Shown here: positions 29,479-47,177 of the stretch, piece by piece
How the letters are laid out: each line of letters starts with the position of its first letter
Position numbering within the stretch: the stretch's first letter is position 1
From: an uncultured bacterium
Lineage (GTDB): Bacteria > Acidobacteriota > Thermoanaerobaculia > Multivoradales > JAHZIX01
Assembly: GCA_965368975.1 (NCBI GenBank)
Contig: CBDUPA010000007.1
Coordinates: 64,001-128,000, forward strand
Direction of reading: 5' to 3'
Length of the DNA: 64,000 nt
Notes under the pieces: generated by a model
Told to the model about the DNA's origin: nothing
The model's database searches: none
Seen by the model: only the letters and a program-made list of their open reading frames with translations
Position numbers and translations under genes: made by a program

Positions 29479-30807
29479 CTACATTCCTAGCACTGCGCGC
29501 ACGCGCCGTTCGAGCGCGCCGGTCTCGATCTCCTCGAGTTCGTAGTGCACGTCGACGATCGGCTTGTTGGCGGTCAGCACTCGGCTGAGGTCGATCGGCG
29601 TGCCGGCGACGATGACATCGGCCGGGGTCGCGTTGAGCGTTTCCTGCAGCTCACGCATCTGCGTCTCGCCGTAGCCCATGGCGGGCAGGATGCGGCTGGC
29701 GTTGGGGTACTTGGCGTAGGTGTCGCGGATCGAGCCGACCGCGTACGGCCGCGCGTCGACCATCGCTGCGGCACCGGCGCGCTCGGCGGCGATCCAGCCG
29801 GCGCCGTACTCCATGCCGCCATGGGTCAGTGTCGGTCCATCCTCGACCACCAGCACACGCTTGCCGCGCAACAAGGCTTCGTCGACGGTGATCTTCGAGC
29901 GGCACTGCAGCACCTCGGCTGCCGGATTGTGCCGCCGGCAGGCGTCGATCACCAGGCGCACGTTGCCAGGGTCGGCGGTACCGACCTTGTTGACCAGCAG
30001 GACATCGGCCATCAGCAGGTTGCTCTCGCCGGGGAAGTACGTCGTCTCGTGGCCCGGGCGGTGCGGGTCGATGAGCGTGATGTGCAGGTCTGGGCGGTAG
30101 AACGGGGTGTCGTTGTTGCCGCCGTCCCACAAGATCACCTCGGCTTCTTTCTCGGCGGCCGCCAGGATCTCCCCGTAGTCGACGCCGGCGTAGACCACGA
30201 AGCCGTGGTCGATGTACGGCTCGTATTCCTCGCGCTCTTCAATCGTGCACTCGTGGCGATCCAGGTCGTCGTAACTGGCGAAGCGCTGGCAAACCTGGCG
30301 TGCCAGGTCGCCGTAGGGCATCGGATGTCGTATGGCGACTGCTTTCTTGCCCAGGCGCTGCAGCATGGCGGTGAGGTAGCGCGTGGTTTGTGACTTGCCG
30401 ACGCCCGTGCGCACGGCGGTGACGGCGATCACCGGTTTGCTCGAGGCCAGCATCGTGTGGCGCGCCGAGGCGAGGCAGAAATGCGCGCCCCAGGCGGTCA
30501 CCCGGCTGGCCATATGCATGACGTCGAGATGCGCGATATCCGAGTACGAGAACCACGCCTCACGAACACCTTGCTCGCGGATCAGCGTTTCCAGCTCGCT
30601 CTCGGCCTGAATCGGGATCCCCTCAGGGTAGTGAGGTCCGGCCAAGGCGGCGGGGTAGCGGCGTCCCTCGATATCCGGGATCTGGGCCGCGGTGAACGCG
30701 ATCACTTCGCGACTGGCATCGTCGCGGAACAAGCAGTTGAAGTTGTGGAAGTCGCGTCCAGCGGCGCCCAGAATCACGGTGCGGATCCGGTCCGAAGCAG
30801 TGGCCAT
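29479..30807 (-). CDS. COG2403 P-loop protein (cyclic 2,3-diphosphoglycerate synthase-like / arginine synthetase ArcE-like)
   Basis: GAAGRDFHNFN, AVRTGVGKSQT, RHPMPYGDL, TIEEREEYEP, WDGGNND, VEDGPTLTHGGM. Confidence 0.85.
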   Translation of the reverse strand: MATASDRIRTVILGAAGRDFHNFNCLFRDDASREVIAFTAAQIPDIEGRRYPAALAGPHYPEGIPIQAESELETLIREQGVREAWFSYSDIAHLDVMHMASRVTAWGAHFCLASARHTMLASSKPVIAVTAVRTGVGKSQTTRYLTAMLQRLGKKAVAIRHPMPYGDLARQVCQRFASYDDLDRHECTIEEREEYEPYIDHGFVVYAGVDYGEILAAAEKEAEVILWDGGNNDTPFYRPDLHITLIDPHRPGHETTYFPGESNLLMADVLLVNKVGTADPGNVRLVIDACRRHNPAAEVLQCRSKITVDEALLRGKRVLVVEDGPTLTHGGMEYGAGWIAAERAGAAAMVDARPYAVGSIRDTYAKYPNASRILPAMGYGETQMRELQETLNATPADVIVAGTPIDLSRVLTANKPIVDVHYELEEIETGALERRVRAVLGM

Positions 30808-30925
30808 GGTGTCCTCCTCGTTGTAGGCGGAAGTCAGCGTCCCTTCCAGGTTACGATGGCCATTGCCCGAGAACATCCACCGCCGAGGTGTGGGCCAACT
30901 ACCCGTTTGTACGGTTTCTGGACAC

Positions 30926-30972
30926 AGAAAGAGCCCACCTGGTGACCGCCGCTGCGGCACCTGGGTGGGCTC
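30926..30972 (-). terminator. Probable intrinsic terminator downstream of the BON-LysM gene
   Basis: GAGCCCACC...GGTGGGCTC stem followed by TTTCT on the minus strand. Confidence 0.55.
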
Positions 30973-31000
30973 GACTTCTCGGCTGAAGCCGTGCGGAGTG

Positions 31001-31510
31001 TTAGTCCGCCAAGGCTGGAATGCGTAGCACCTGGCCCGGGTAGATCTTGTCCGGGTCGCTCAGCATCGGCTTGTTGGCCTCGAAGATCACCGGATACTTC
31101 ATGGCGTTGCCGTAGTGCTTCTTGGCGATCGCGGACAGTGTGTCGCCGCGCTCGACGGTGTGGAACACGGCCTCGGGCTGGCTGTCGTCGACCTCCAGCT
31201 GGTCGTCGACCTGCGAAATGCCGTTGTGGTTCCCGACCACCAGGATCACCTTCTCGCGGGTTTCCTGGTTCGGCGCGGTGCCGCGGACGGTGGCCACCTC
31301 ACCGAGAACGGTGATTTCCAAGCCCTCGACCTCCAGGCCGAGATCCGCGACCGCCTTGGTCAGGCGAGCAGCGGCCTGGCGGCCCCGCGTTTCCTGGAAG
31401 CGGCGCAGCACTTCCTCGTCGTTCGTGCCGGCTGGTGGTGGCTCGGGTTCCTTCTCCCCGCCACCGAAGATCGCGGATCCTGCGTTGCGTACGAAATCGA
31501 ATAGACCCAT
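31001..31510 (-). CDS. BON-LysM protein (Kbp/YgaU-like potassium-binding protein)
   Basis: MGLFDFVRNAG..., BON domain, HTVERGDTLSAIAKKHYG, IFEANKPMLSDPDKIYPGQVLRIP. Confidence 0.92.
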   Translation of the reverse strand: MGLFDFVRNAGSAIFGGGEKEPEPPPAGTNDEEVLRRFQETRGRQAAARLTKAVADLGLEVEGLEITVLGEVATVRGTAPNQETREKVILVVGNHNGISQVDDQLEVDDSQPEAVFHTVERGDTLSAIAKKHYGNAMKYPVIFEANKPMLSDPDKIYPGQVLRIPALAD

Positions 31511-31657
31511 GGTGTGAGTCTCCTTTCTTGCTGAGTGGGAAGGGATGCCTCGGGGCCGACTAGGAGGGCCTCGGGGTGATCCTGGGAAGTACTTCGGAGT
31601 CGAGATAGACCCGGTGACCGGCTTGAGATGCCGGTGCGGATCTGCCTTGAAATCTTA

Positions 31658-32269
31658 TCAGCGGCGGCCGCCGAGCAGGCTGCCCAGCAGGCCGGCACCC
31701 ATCTGGGCGACGTCGTCCATCACGTTGCCGTCTCCGTCCTTGTCGAGGAACTGGCCGAGCATGCCGCCCAGGCCGCCGCCGCCCATCTGCTCGACGCGCT
31801 GACGGTCGTTCTGCAGCATGTCGTTGAGACCGTTGGCGTCCAAGTTGCTGCCCTGGCGACTCTTGGCCAAGGCGCCCATGACGATCGGCGCCAGCATGGT
31901 CAGGAGTTGGCCGATCTGGCCGGCACCCAGGCCGGATGCCTTGCCCAGGCTGTTCTCCGCCTGTGCCTGTCGTCCGCCCAGGATATGGCCGAGGATACCG
32001 GCACCGTTACCCTGGCCCAGCGGGTTGCCGCCCAGGAAGCCGGCGACATCGTCGAGGATGCTGCCGTCGTGGTCGCGATCGAGAGCGCCGAGTAGCGACT
32101 GGGCGCCGTTCGACTTCTGTGTATTCTGGGATAGCGCACCGAGCAGCATCGGCAACGCGCCGGAAACAGCCGACGCGGTGGACTTCTTGTCGGCACCGAT
32201 TTGATTGCTGAGTTGACTGAGGACGGTGTCGTCACCTAGTTGTTGGGTGAGGAGGTCAAGAACGGACAT
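31658..32269 (-). CDS. DUF937 family protein
   Basis: ALPMLLGAL, LDRDHDGSILDD, GILGHILG, LAPIVMGAL, FLDKDGDGNVMDD. Confidence 0.9.
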   Translation of the reverse strand: MSVLDLLTQQLGDDTVLSQLSNQIGADKKSTASAVSGALPMLLGALSQNTQKSNGAQSLLGALDRDHDGSILDDVAGFLGGNPLGQGNGAGILGHILGGRQAQAENSLGKASGLGAGQIGQLLTMLAPIVMGALAKSRQGSNLDANGLNDMLQNDRQRVEQMGGGGLGGMLGQFLDKDGDGNVMDDVAQMGAGLLGSLLGGRR

Positions 32270-32424
32270 GGATGGTTTCTCCGTTTCTACAGTGCGGGTT
32301 GGGGAGCAAGGACACGTGCCGAAAGGCGGCGAGAGTCGTCACCGGTCAGGATCTGTAATTCCCCGCGTGGGCGTGTGTTCGCTGGGGGGGTAGGGCTAGA
32401 AGAAAGGTAAAGGATGAGGACAGT

Positions 32425-40764
<8,340 letters not shown>

Positions 40765-40920
40765 GGGAGAGTGAGTCTAGCAGGCGTTGGAGGCTGGGAG
40801 GGTCTCCCTCGGCGAAAGCCGAGAGCTTAGGGGTGAGGCCGTTGGCCGAGGGGACCTGGCGAAGGTTCCCTAGCTGACGAAGAATGCACGCTAGAAAACT
40901 GGAAGCGAGCTGACAGGTTT

Positions 40921-42348
40921 CTAGTGTGCGTTGTGCCAGATTCCCGAGCGCACCGTCATCCACAGAATTTTCACATCTAGGAACAGCGACCAGTTCTGGA
41001 TGTAGTACAGATCGTACTGGATGCGCTTCTTGAGCGACGTGTTGCCGCGCCAGCCGTGCACTTGCGCCCAGCCGGTGATGCCGGCCTTGACGCGATGCCG
41101 CATCATGTACTGCGGGATCTTGTGCTTGAACTCCTGCACGAACGCCGGGCGCTCCGGGCGGGGTCCGACGATCGACATATCGCCCTTGAGCACGTTCCAC
41201 AGCTGCGGCAGCTCATCGATCGACCACTCGCGCAAGAACGTGCCGAGACGCGTGCGCCGCGGGTCGCCCTTGACCGCCCACACCGGGCCGGTCGTCGACT
41301 CGGCGTCGATCCGCATCGAGCGGAACTTGTAGATCATGAAGCTCTTGCCATCCAGGCCCATGCGCTCTTGCTTGTAGAACACCGGTCCACGGTCCTCACG
41401 CCAGATCAGGAAGGCGAGCACCGGCAAGAACGGTGATAGGCCGAGAATGGCGGCCGCCGACAACGCCACGTCCATGGCGCGCTTCATCAGGCTGTACCAG
41501 CCTTGCAGCGGCACCTGCGACAGGTTGATCACCGGCGTGCCGTCGAGATTCTCGATCGCCGCGTTGAGCGTCGCGTATTGCAGGACGTCGGGCACGATGC
41601 GCACGTCGACACACTCGCGGCTCACGCGTTCGATGATACGCAGCATCTTCCGGTGCGCTTCCAGCGGCAGTGCGATGAACACCTGGTCGATCGGCTGCTC
41701 GTCCAGCACTCGATCGATCTCCTTGAGACTGCCGAGCACCGGTACGCCATGGAAACGCGCCTGGGACTTGCCAGGATCGTCGTCGACGAAGCCGATCACT
41801 TCGAAGCCGTATTCCTGGTGGTTGAGGATCTTCTGCGTCACTTCCTGGCCCAACTGGCCAGCGCCGACGACCAAGATCCGCTCGACACCCTCACCGCGGC
41901 TTCGCCGGCGGCGCAGCAGGGCACGCACGAAGAGGCGCGCGAGGGCGATCAAGAGCAGGTTCATGACCGCGAAGATGACCAGGAAGGCGCGGCTGAAGGT
42001 GACGTACTCGAGGCTGTCCGGGCCCACCGTCGGCCGGTACCAACCGGTGAACGCGAGCAACATCAGGTTGGCCAGCACCACTGCCGACACGATGCCGAGC
42101 ATTTCGTCCACCCGGCCGCGCGTGCGTCGGTTCTGGTAGAGGCCGTGGAAGTAGAAGACCAGCGGCCAAACCACGACCAGGAACGGCAACAGCATCAGGT
42201 ACGGGCCGATGCTCGGGACGGCTCGCGTGACGGGAATGATCTGCAGGTCGAAGCGTAGCGTCCAGGCGGCGAAAAACGCGGCCACGGTGGCGAGCAGGTC
42301 GGCAATGAGATAGAGAGAGAAGGTCTTCCGATGGCTTTGATGGATCAC
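40921..42348 (-). CDS. Undecaprenyl-phosphate glucose phosphotransferase (WcaJ-like priming glycosyltransferase)
   Basis: N-terminal TMs, ILVVGAG, YKFRSM, IDELPQLWNVLKGDMSIVGPRPERP, GITGWAQV. Confidence 0.95.
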   Translation of the reverse strand: MIHQSHRKTFSLYLIADLLATVAAFFAAWTLRFDLQIIPVTRAVPSIGPYLMLLPFLVVVWPLVFYFHGLYQNRRTRGRVDEMLGIVSAVVLANLMLLAFTGWYRPTVGPDSLEYVTFSRAFLVIFAVMNLLLIALARLFVRALLRRRRSRGEGVERILVVGAGQLGQEVTQKILNHQEYGFEVIGFVDDDPGKSQARFHGVPVLGSLKEIDRVLDEQPIDQVFIALPLEAHRKMLRIIERVSRECVDVRIVPDVLQYATLNAAIENLDGTPVINLSQVPLQGWYSLMKRAMDVALSAAAILGLSPFLPVLAFLIWREDRGPVFYKQERMGLDGKSFMIYKFRSMRIDAESTTGPVWAVKGDPRRTRLGTFLREWSIDELPQLWNVLKGDMSIVGPRPERPAFVQEFKHKIPQYMMRHRVKAGITGWAQVHGWRGNTSLKKRIQYDLYYIQNWSLFLDVKILWMTVRSGIWHNAH

Positions 42349-42408
42349 GAAGCGGACCTCTTCCAGGCGGCAGACTCCTGGTCGTTTTGCTCGGTAGCAC
42401 AGCCCGAG

Positions 42409-43653
42409 CTACAGGTTCTGAGCGCGCGACAAACCTTCGGAAATGGATGACCAAATGAGACGACGAAAGCGAGGAGCGGAGAAGTCCTCCGCGCGAGAAC
42501 GAAGGTTCAAGATATTGAACTGGATTTCGCCGAGTTTGTCAATTGCTGCCCTCAGCGCTGCTTCGTGAGCCATCGCGTCTACTTCCGTCGCAGCCGTGCC
42601 GACGTCGTTCCTTGCCGCCTCCGGCGGCGGCTCGTAGAGCACACCGTGGACTCCGGATTTGACGATGTCCAGGACCCCGCCGCGTCCGCGTGCCACCACC
42701 GGCGTGCCGCAGGCCAGCGCCTCCACGGGGGCGATCCCGAAGTCCTCGACCCCCGGCTGCAGCAGGCAGCGCGCGCCCTGGTACAAGCGCCGCAGGTCGT
42801 CCCCATCGACGCGCCCCAGGAACCGCGTGTTCGACCCCGCCAGCCGCCGCAGCCGTGCCTCTTCCGGCCCGGTGCCGACGATGCGTAGCGGCACCCCCAA
42901 GCTCTCGCACGCGCGGATCGCCACGTCGAGCCGCTTGTAGGGTGCCAGCGCCGCGACGATGAGGCAGTAGCTGTTCGCCGCGTCAGGATCTTCCGAGGGT
43001 TGGAAGAAGTCCACGTCCACCGGCGGATGCACCACCTCGGCTTCACGCCGGTAGTAACGGCGCACCCGCTCGGCGACGAAACGCGAGTTCGCCAGGTACA
43101 GATCCACCCGTCGACTCGACGTCACGTCCCACGCCCGCAGCGCGCTCAAGATCAGCGCCCGCACCCGTGCCACCAGGCCCGTGCGGCGCGGAAAGTACTG
43201 CCGTTCCTGATCCCAGGCGTAGCGCATCGGCGTATGGATGTAGCAGGCGTGGAACGATCCGGGGGGCGACAAGACGCCCTTGGCCACGCAGTGGCTGGAG
43301 CTGACCACCAGGTCGTGCCCGTCCTGGTCGGGCCCGACCAGATCGAGATCCTCGGCGGCGGCCGGATAGAAGGGGAGGTAGTGCCGGTACCAGCGCCGCA
43401 GTCCCGGTGCCTTTTGCAGGAAACTCGTGTGGATCGAGTGACGTTCGAGCGTCTCGCTGACGCTGCCCGGGAAATGGAAGAGCGTGTAGATCGGTGCCGT
43501 CGGGAAGAGCACCGCCAGCTCTTCCAACACCTTCTCGCCGCCGCGCATCCCGGTCAGCCAGTCGTGCACCAGCGCCGGTCGTTGGACACCTGCGGCTGCG
43601 AGTCGAGCGAGCGCGTCCGAGTTGGAGTCAGCTGGGGGGGTATCGTTCTTCAA
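42409..43653 (-). CDS. Glycosyltransferase family 4
   Basis: ALVHDWLTGMRGGEKVL, YIHTPMRYAWD, EDFGIAPVEALACGTPV. Confidence 0.94.
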   Translation of the reverse strand: MKNDTPPADSNSDALARLAAAGVQRPALVHDWLTGMRGGEKVLEELAVLFPTAPIYTLFHFPGSVSETLERHSIHTSFLQKAPGLRRWYRHYLPFYPAAAEDLDLVGPDQDGHDLVVSSSHCVAKGVLSPPGSFHACYIHTPMRYAWDQERQYFPRRTGLVARVRALILSALRAWDVTSSRRVDLYLANSRFVAERVRRYYRREAEVVHPPVDVDFFQPSEDPDAANSYCLIVAALAPYKRLDVAIRACESLGVPLRIVGTGPEEARLRRLAGSNTRFLGRVDGDDLRRLYQGARCLLQPGVEDFGIAPVEALACGTPVVARGRGGVLDIVKSGVHGVLYEPPPEAARNDVGTAATEVDAMAHEAALRAAIDKLGEIQFNILNLRSRAEDFSAPRFRRLIWSSISEGLSRAQNL

Positions 43654-43754
43654 GGTCGAGGTATTTCAAGAGTGCCGAGAATGGTTCGAAATTTTGGACG
43701 TCCGAATTCAGATTTCCGGATTCGGGCCGAGGCTCTCGTCTTCCGGGGCCGTGC

Positions 43755-44957
43755 TCAGGAGCGCTTTCCCACGCTCGTGATTTCGCGCGCTCGTGCGCCC
43801 CCCGGCGGCCAGTGCAGCGCCTCGATCTTGCCCGGCGTCTTGCCGCGGAGCGCACTCATGTACGTCCGGAGCGTGCGCTCCGCCGTCTTCTCCCAGCGGA
43901 ACTCGTCCGCGCGCCGCAAGCCCATCTCCGCCAGCGACTCCCGGTGCTCCGCATCCGCCATACCCTGCGCGATCGCCTGCGCGATGCCCTGCACGTCGAG
44001 CGGATCAACCAGATGCCCATACCCCTTCGCCATCTCCTTCAGCGCCGACGTATTCGACGTGATCACCGGCACCCCCGACGCCATCGCCTCGATCACCGGC
44101 AGCCCGAAGCCCTCGTACAGCGTCGGGTAGAGGAACATCGTCGCCCCCTGGTACACCGCCGGCAGCGCCTCCTGCGCCACGTGCCCCAGGAGCTGCACCT
44201 TGTCCCCCACGCCCAGCTGCTCCGCGTGGCGCTTGATCCGCGCCTCCGCGTTGCCCCGGTCGCCCACGCACACCAGCGGCGCGTCGAAGCTGTGGATCTG
44301 CCGTGCTCGCGCATACGCTCGCAGCACGTTGTCGAGGTTCTTGTGCGGCTTCGGGTTGCCCACGAAGAGCAAGTACGGCGGCTTGATTCCCAGATTGCGC
44401 TGCCAGCGTGCCAGCTGCTCGTGCGTCAACCGCTCGCGGAAGCTATCGTCGACGCCGTTGTACACCACCTGGATCTTGCGTCCGGTGACGTCGAAGTACT
44501 TCATCAGGTCTTGCTTGGTCGTCTGCGACACCGCGATGATCCGATCACCGCGCGTCAGGGACCGCTTGATCATCGTGCGCGCGTACAGGAACGCCATGCG
44601 GCTGGGCAGGAACTGCGGATACAGCAAGTGGATGATGTCGTGGATCGTCACCACCACCCGCGACACGTTCACTAGCGGCAACACATAGTGCGTCGCGTGG
44701 TAGAGATCCAGCCGCATTCGATACTGCTTCCACGCCAGCTTCACCAACTCCCGCGCCGAATACACCGGCGCCTTCTCCGTCACCACTCGGAAGTTCTCCG
44801 GCAGACCCGCAAACGCGTCCTTCCGCTGCGGCCCAGCGAACAGCACGTACTGGTTTTCCTCGTCGATCTTCGCCAGTCCATGGACGAGGTGCCGGATGTA
44901 CGTCCCAATGCCGAAGTCGTGGACCTTGCGAGCGTCGATGCCGATGGTGTAGGTCAA
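43755..44957 (-). CDS. Glycosyltransferase family 4
   Basis: IGIDAR...GIGTY, VVTIHDII, FVGNPKPHKN, YEGFGLPVIEAMASGVPV. Confidence 0.94.
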   Translation of the reverse strand: MTYTIGIDARKVHDFGIGTYIRHLVHGLAKIDEENQYVLFAGPQRKDAFAGLPENFRVVTEKAPVYSARELVKLAWKQYRMRLDLYHATHYVLPLVNVSRVVVTIHDIIHLLYPQFLPSRMAFLYARTMIKRSLTRGDRIIAVSQTTKQDLMKYFDVTGRKIQVVYNGVDDSFRERLTHEQLARWQRNLGIKPPYLLFVGNPKPHKNLDNVLRAYARARQIHSFDAPLVCVGDRGNAEARIKRHAEQLGVGDKVQLLGHVAQEALPAVYQGATMFLYPTLYEGFGLPVIEAMASGVPVITSNTSALKEMAKGYGHLVDPLDVQGIAQAIAQGMADAEHRESLAEMGLRRADEFRWEKTAERTLRTYMSALRGKTPGKIEALHWPPGGARAREITSVGKRS

Positions 44958-45193
44958 GGGATCTCCCGGGGGTGGGGGTGCGCGGTGGTTGTGTCAGGTG
45001 GATTGTATGACGAAGCGGGGTGTGCTGCGCCCGTAATCATTGGGTGGACTAGAATCATGTCTCTCACCCTGAGAATGATATCTATGAGGCAGCAATCGTG
45101 TTTCCTCGATGGCAACGGTCCGAATTATGACGTCATGGGATGTTTCGGACAGTGTTCTCAAGTTCCCTATGAAAATGGTGTCAGGAGGTTTAA

Positions 45194-46225
45194 GTGATGG
45201 AGCTGCAGATGGCGATTGAAAAATTCATGCATGGCTACTTTTCGACTTGCAGTAGGAGTGACAAGACAATTCGGGCCTATTCAGTCGATTTGCGACAGTT
45301 CATGGAGTTTCGTAATCCAACTACTGTACTGGAGGGTATTTGCTCTGGGGATCTAGAAGACTGGGCCTCCAGCCTGAAAGCAGAAGGATATTCTCCTGCA
45401 TCTATCCGGAGGAAGTTTGCTACGGTTAGGGTATTCTTCAGGTACTGGTTCCGAAAGAGGCAGCTCACAACCTCGCCATGTGTGGGCATTCGTTTAGATT
45501 TGGGGCGAAGAGTGAAGCTGCCGTCAGCTGTTTCCTATGAGTTTCTCTGCGATCTACTAGGCGTTGCCCGAGCTAGCGTCGTCGACACTGAGCTGGAGCA
45601 CCACTCTGGTAGGAGACTGTTCTTGGCAAAAAGAGATCTGTTGATAGTTGAGATTCTGGTAGCAACAGGTATTCGGATTGGTGAGTTAGCCAACATTTTG
45701 GTGGGGGATGTATCGACCCGAGACTTCTCTATAATTATCAATGGAAAAGGAGGACGGCAGCGAAAGGCGCTGTTGGTTAGAGCGCATTCCCGGGCGGCAT
45801 TGTTAGACTATTTGAGCTCAATAGATATGAACTCTGCAGGCCCGCTTTTCCTGAACCACCGAGGTGACGCACTTTCTTCTCAAGGAGCTGCTCAAGTTGT
45901 GACTCGCTTGTCCAGTCGATTGGGAGCAGGGAAGAGGATCACTCCTCATGTGATAAGGCACTCAATTGCGACGATTTTGCTGAGTCGGGGGGCGGATGTG
46001 CGAGTGATTCAGGTTTTTCTTGGGCACTCTTCAATTTTAACTACAGAAAAGTATCTGCATGTGAGTACAGGAGAGCTAGCCAAGCAGCTGGCGAAATATC
46101 AGCCAGAGTTTCCAGTGGATACGACACCGATAACTAGAAATTATCAACTCTGGAGTGTGTCGAGCCATGGATGTAGAGACAGAACTGGGACTGCAGCGAA
46201 TAGTGTTGATTGCCGACTGTGTTGA
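45194..46225 (+). CDS. Tyrosine recombinase/integrase (XerC/D-like)
   Basis: N-terminal SAM-like domain (SDKTIRAYSVDL); catalytic R (TGIRIGEL), K (GKGGRQR), HxxR (HVIRHS), H (LGHSS), Y (TEKY); AGGAGG RBS. Confidence 0.95.
   Translation: MMELQMAIEKFMHGYFSTCSRSDKTIRAYSVDLRQFMEFRNPTTVLEGICSGDLEDWASSLKAEGYSPASIRRKFATVRVFFRYWFRKRQLTTSPCVGIRLDLGRRVKLPSAVSYEFLCDLLGVARASVVDTELEHHSGRRLFLAKRDLLIVEILVATGIRIGELANILVGDVSTRDFSIIINGKGGRQRKALLVRAHSRAALLDYLSSIDMNSAGPLFLNHRGDALSSQGAAQVVTRLSSRLGAGKRITPHVIRHSIATILLSRGADVRVIQVFLGHSSILTTEKYLHVSTGELAKQLAKYQPEFPVDTTPITRNYQLWSVSSHGCRDRTGTAANSVDCRLC
46129..46145 (+). repeat. Left putative recombination site GATAA-CTAGAAA-TTATC, inside the 3' end of the recombinase gene
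   Basis: 5-bp inverted arms around an asymmetric 7-bp spacer; exact reverse complement of 51795-51811. Confidence 0.85.
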
Positions 46226-47177
46226 AGTTGAGCCTGACCAGACTTCAAGTTTCTCGTCAGCCCTAGATCAGACAAGGTTGAGCGAGAATCTTGAGCTAAA
46301 GGAGGGATTGGAGGAACTTGGCGCGGATGTCATCGTAATCGAGGACCCAGGAGATTTTGCGCTCGCGCTTGACCAGTTTTCTGACTGGCTAGTTTTCCCG
46401 AACTGGATGGGAGAGCGATCGAGAAGTCGTGCAGGTCTGATACCGGCTATCTGTGAGGCAACGGGTACAAGGTATGTGGGAGCTGACGCCTACACGAGGA
46501 TCGTTTGCGGGGACAAGGTGCTGTCTAGAGTTCTGGCGAAGCAAGCTGGCTTCACTCTCCCAAAGCACTGCGTCTGCGCCTTGGGTATGACGATTGGGCC
46601 TTTATTTGACATCGAGCCACCGTATGTAGTGAAACCTTCTAGGCAGAATAGCTCGATTGGCATATCCACGAGAAGTCTCTGCTCTTCGGAGGAGTCTTGC
46701 AGAGAAGTGGTCGCAACTCTTCAGGAAGAGTTTCAGGAGCCCATACTGGTTGAGAAGTTCATTCCAGGGAAGGAGGTCAGTATAAGCATGACTGGGAATC
46801 CTTCGGGCACCACTTCGCTCGCTGCTTGTGAGCGTTACGTCATCGATGATGAGTTGTACTTTGAGTCAGCTTTGTTCTCGCTTGAGCTGAAGAAGTATAA
46901 GATGTTGGAAACTAGACTTAAGCCCAGGCCAGATCTATTGACTCCAGACACTGTCGCAGCGTGTGAGCGACTATTCCGCCTTCTAGGGTGCCCATCAATT
47001 CTGAGAATTGATGGCAGAGCGCCAACCGCGGATCAGTTAACTTTAATCGAAATATCTCCCAATCCGCTCATGACCATGAGTTCTGAGTATCTCGGTGCCT
47101 TCCTTCTCGACGGGAGAGCTCGCATTGATATCCTGCACGAGATCCTCTCTAATTCTCTGACCCGGTGGAGGCGCTGA
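46167..47177 (+). CDS. D-Ala-D-Ala ligase-like ATP-grasp enzyme
   Basis: YVGAD...CGDK, PYVVKPSRQNSSIGI, ILVEKFIPGKEV, LRIDGR, LIEISPNP. Confidence 0.85.
   Translation: MDVETELGLQRIVLIADCVEVEPDQTSSFSSALDQTRLSENLELKEGLEELGADVIVIEDPGDFALALDQFSDWLVFPNWMGERSRSRAGLIPAICEATGTRYVGADAYTRIVCGDKVLSRVLAKQAGFTLPKHCVCALGMTIGPLFDIEPPYVVKPSRQNSSIGISTRSLCSSEESCREVVATLQEEFQEPILVEKFIPGKEVSISMTGNPSGTTSLAACERYVIDDELYFESALFSLELKKYKMLETRLKPRPDLLTPDTVAACERLFRLLGCPSILRIDGRAPTADQLTLIEISPNPLMTMSSEYLGAFLLDGRARIDILHEILSNSLTRWRR

Noticed and set aside
45194-46225. Housekeeping XerC/XerD or integron integrase
   Set aside because: Lies in a lower-GC island with its own paired sites; no IntI-specific insertion or attC-like cassette array recognised.
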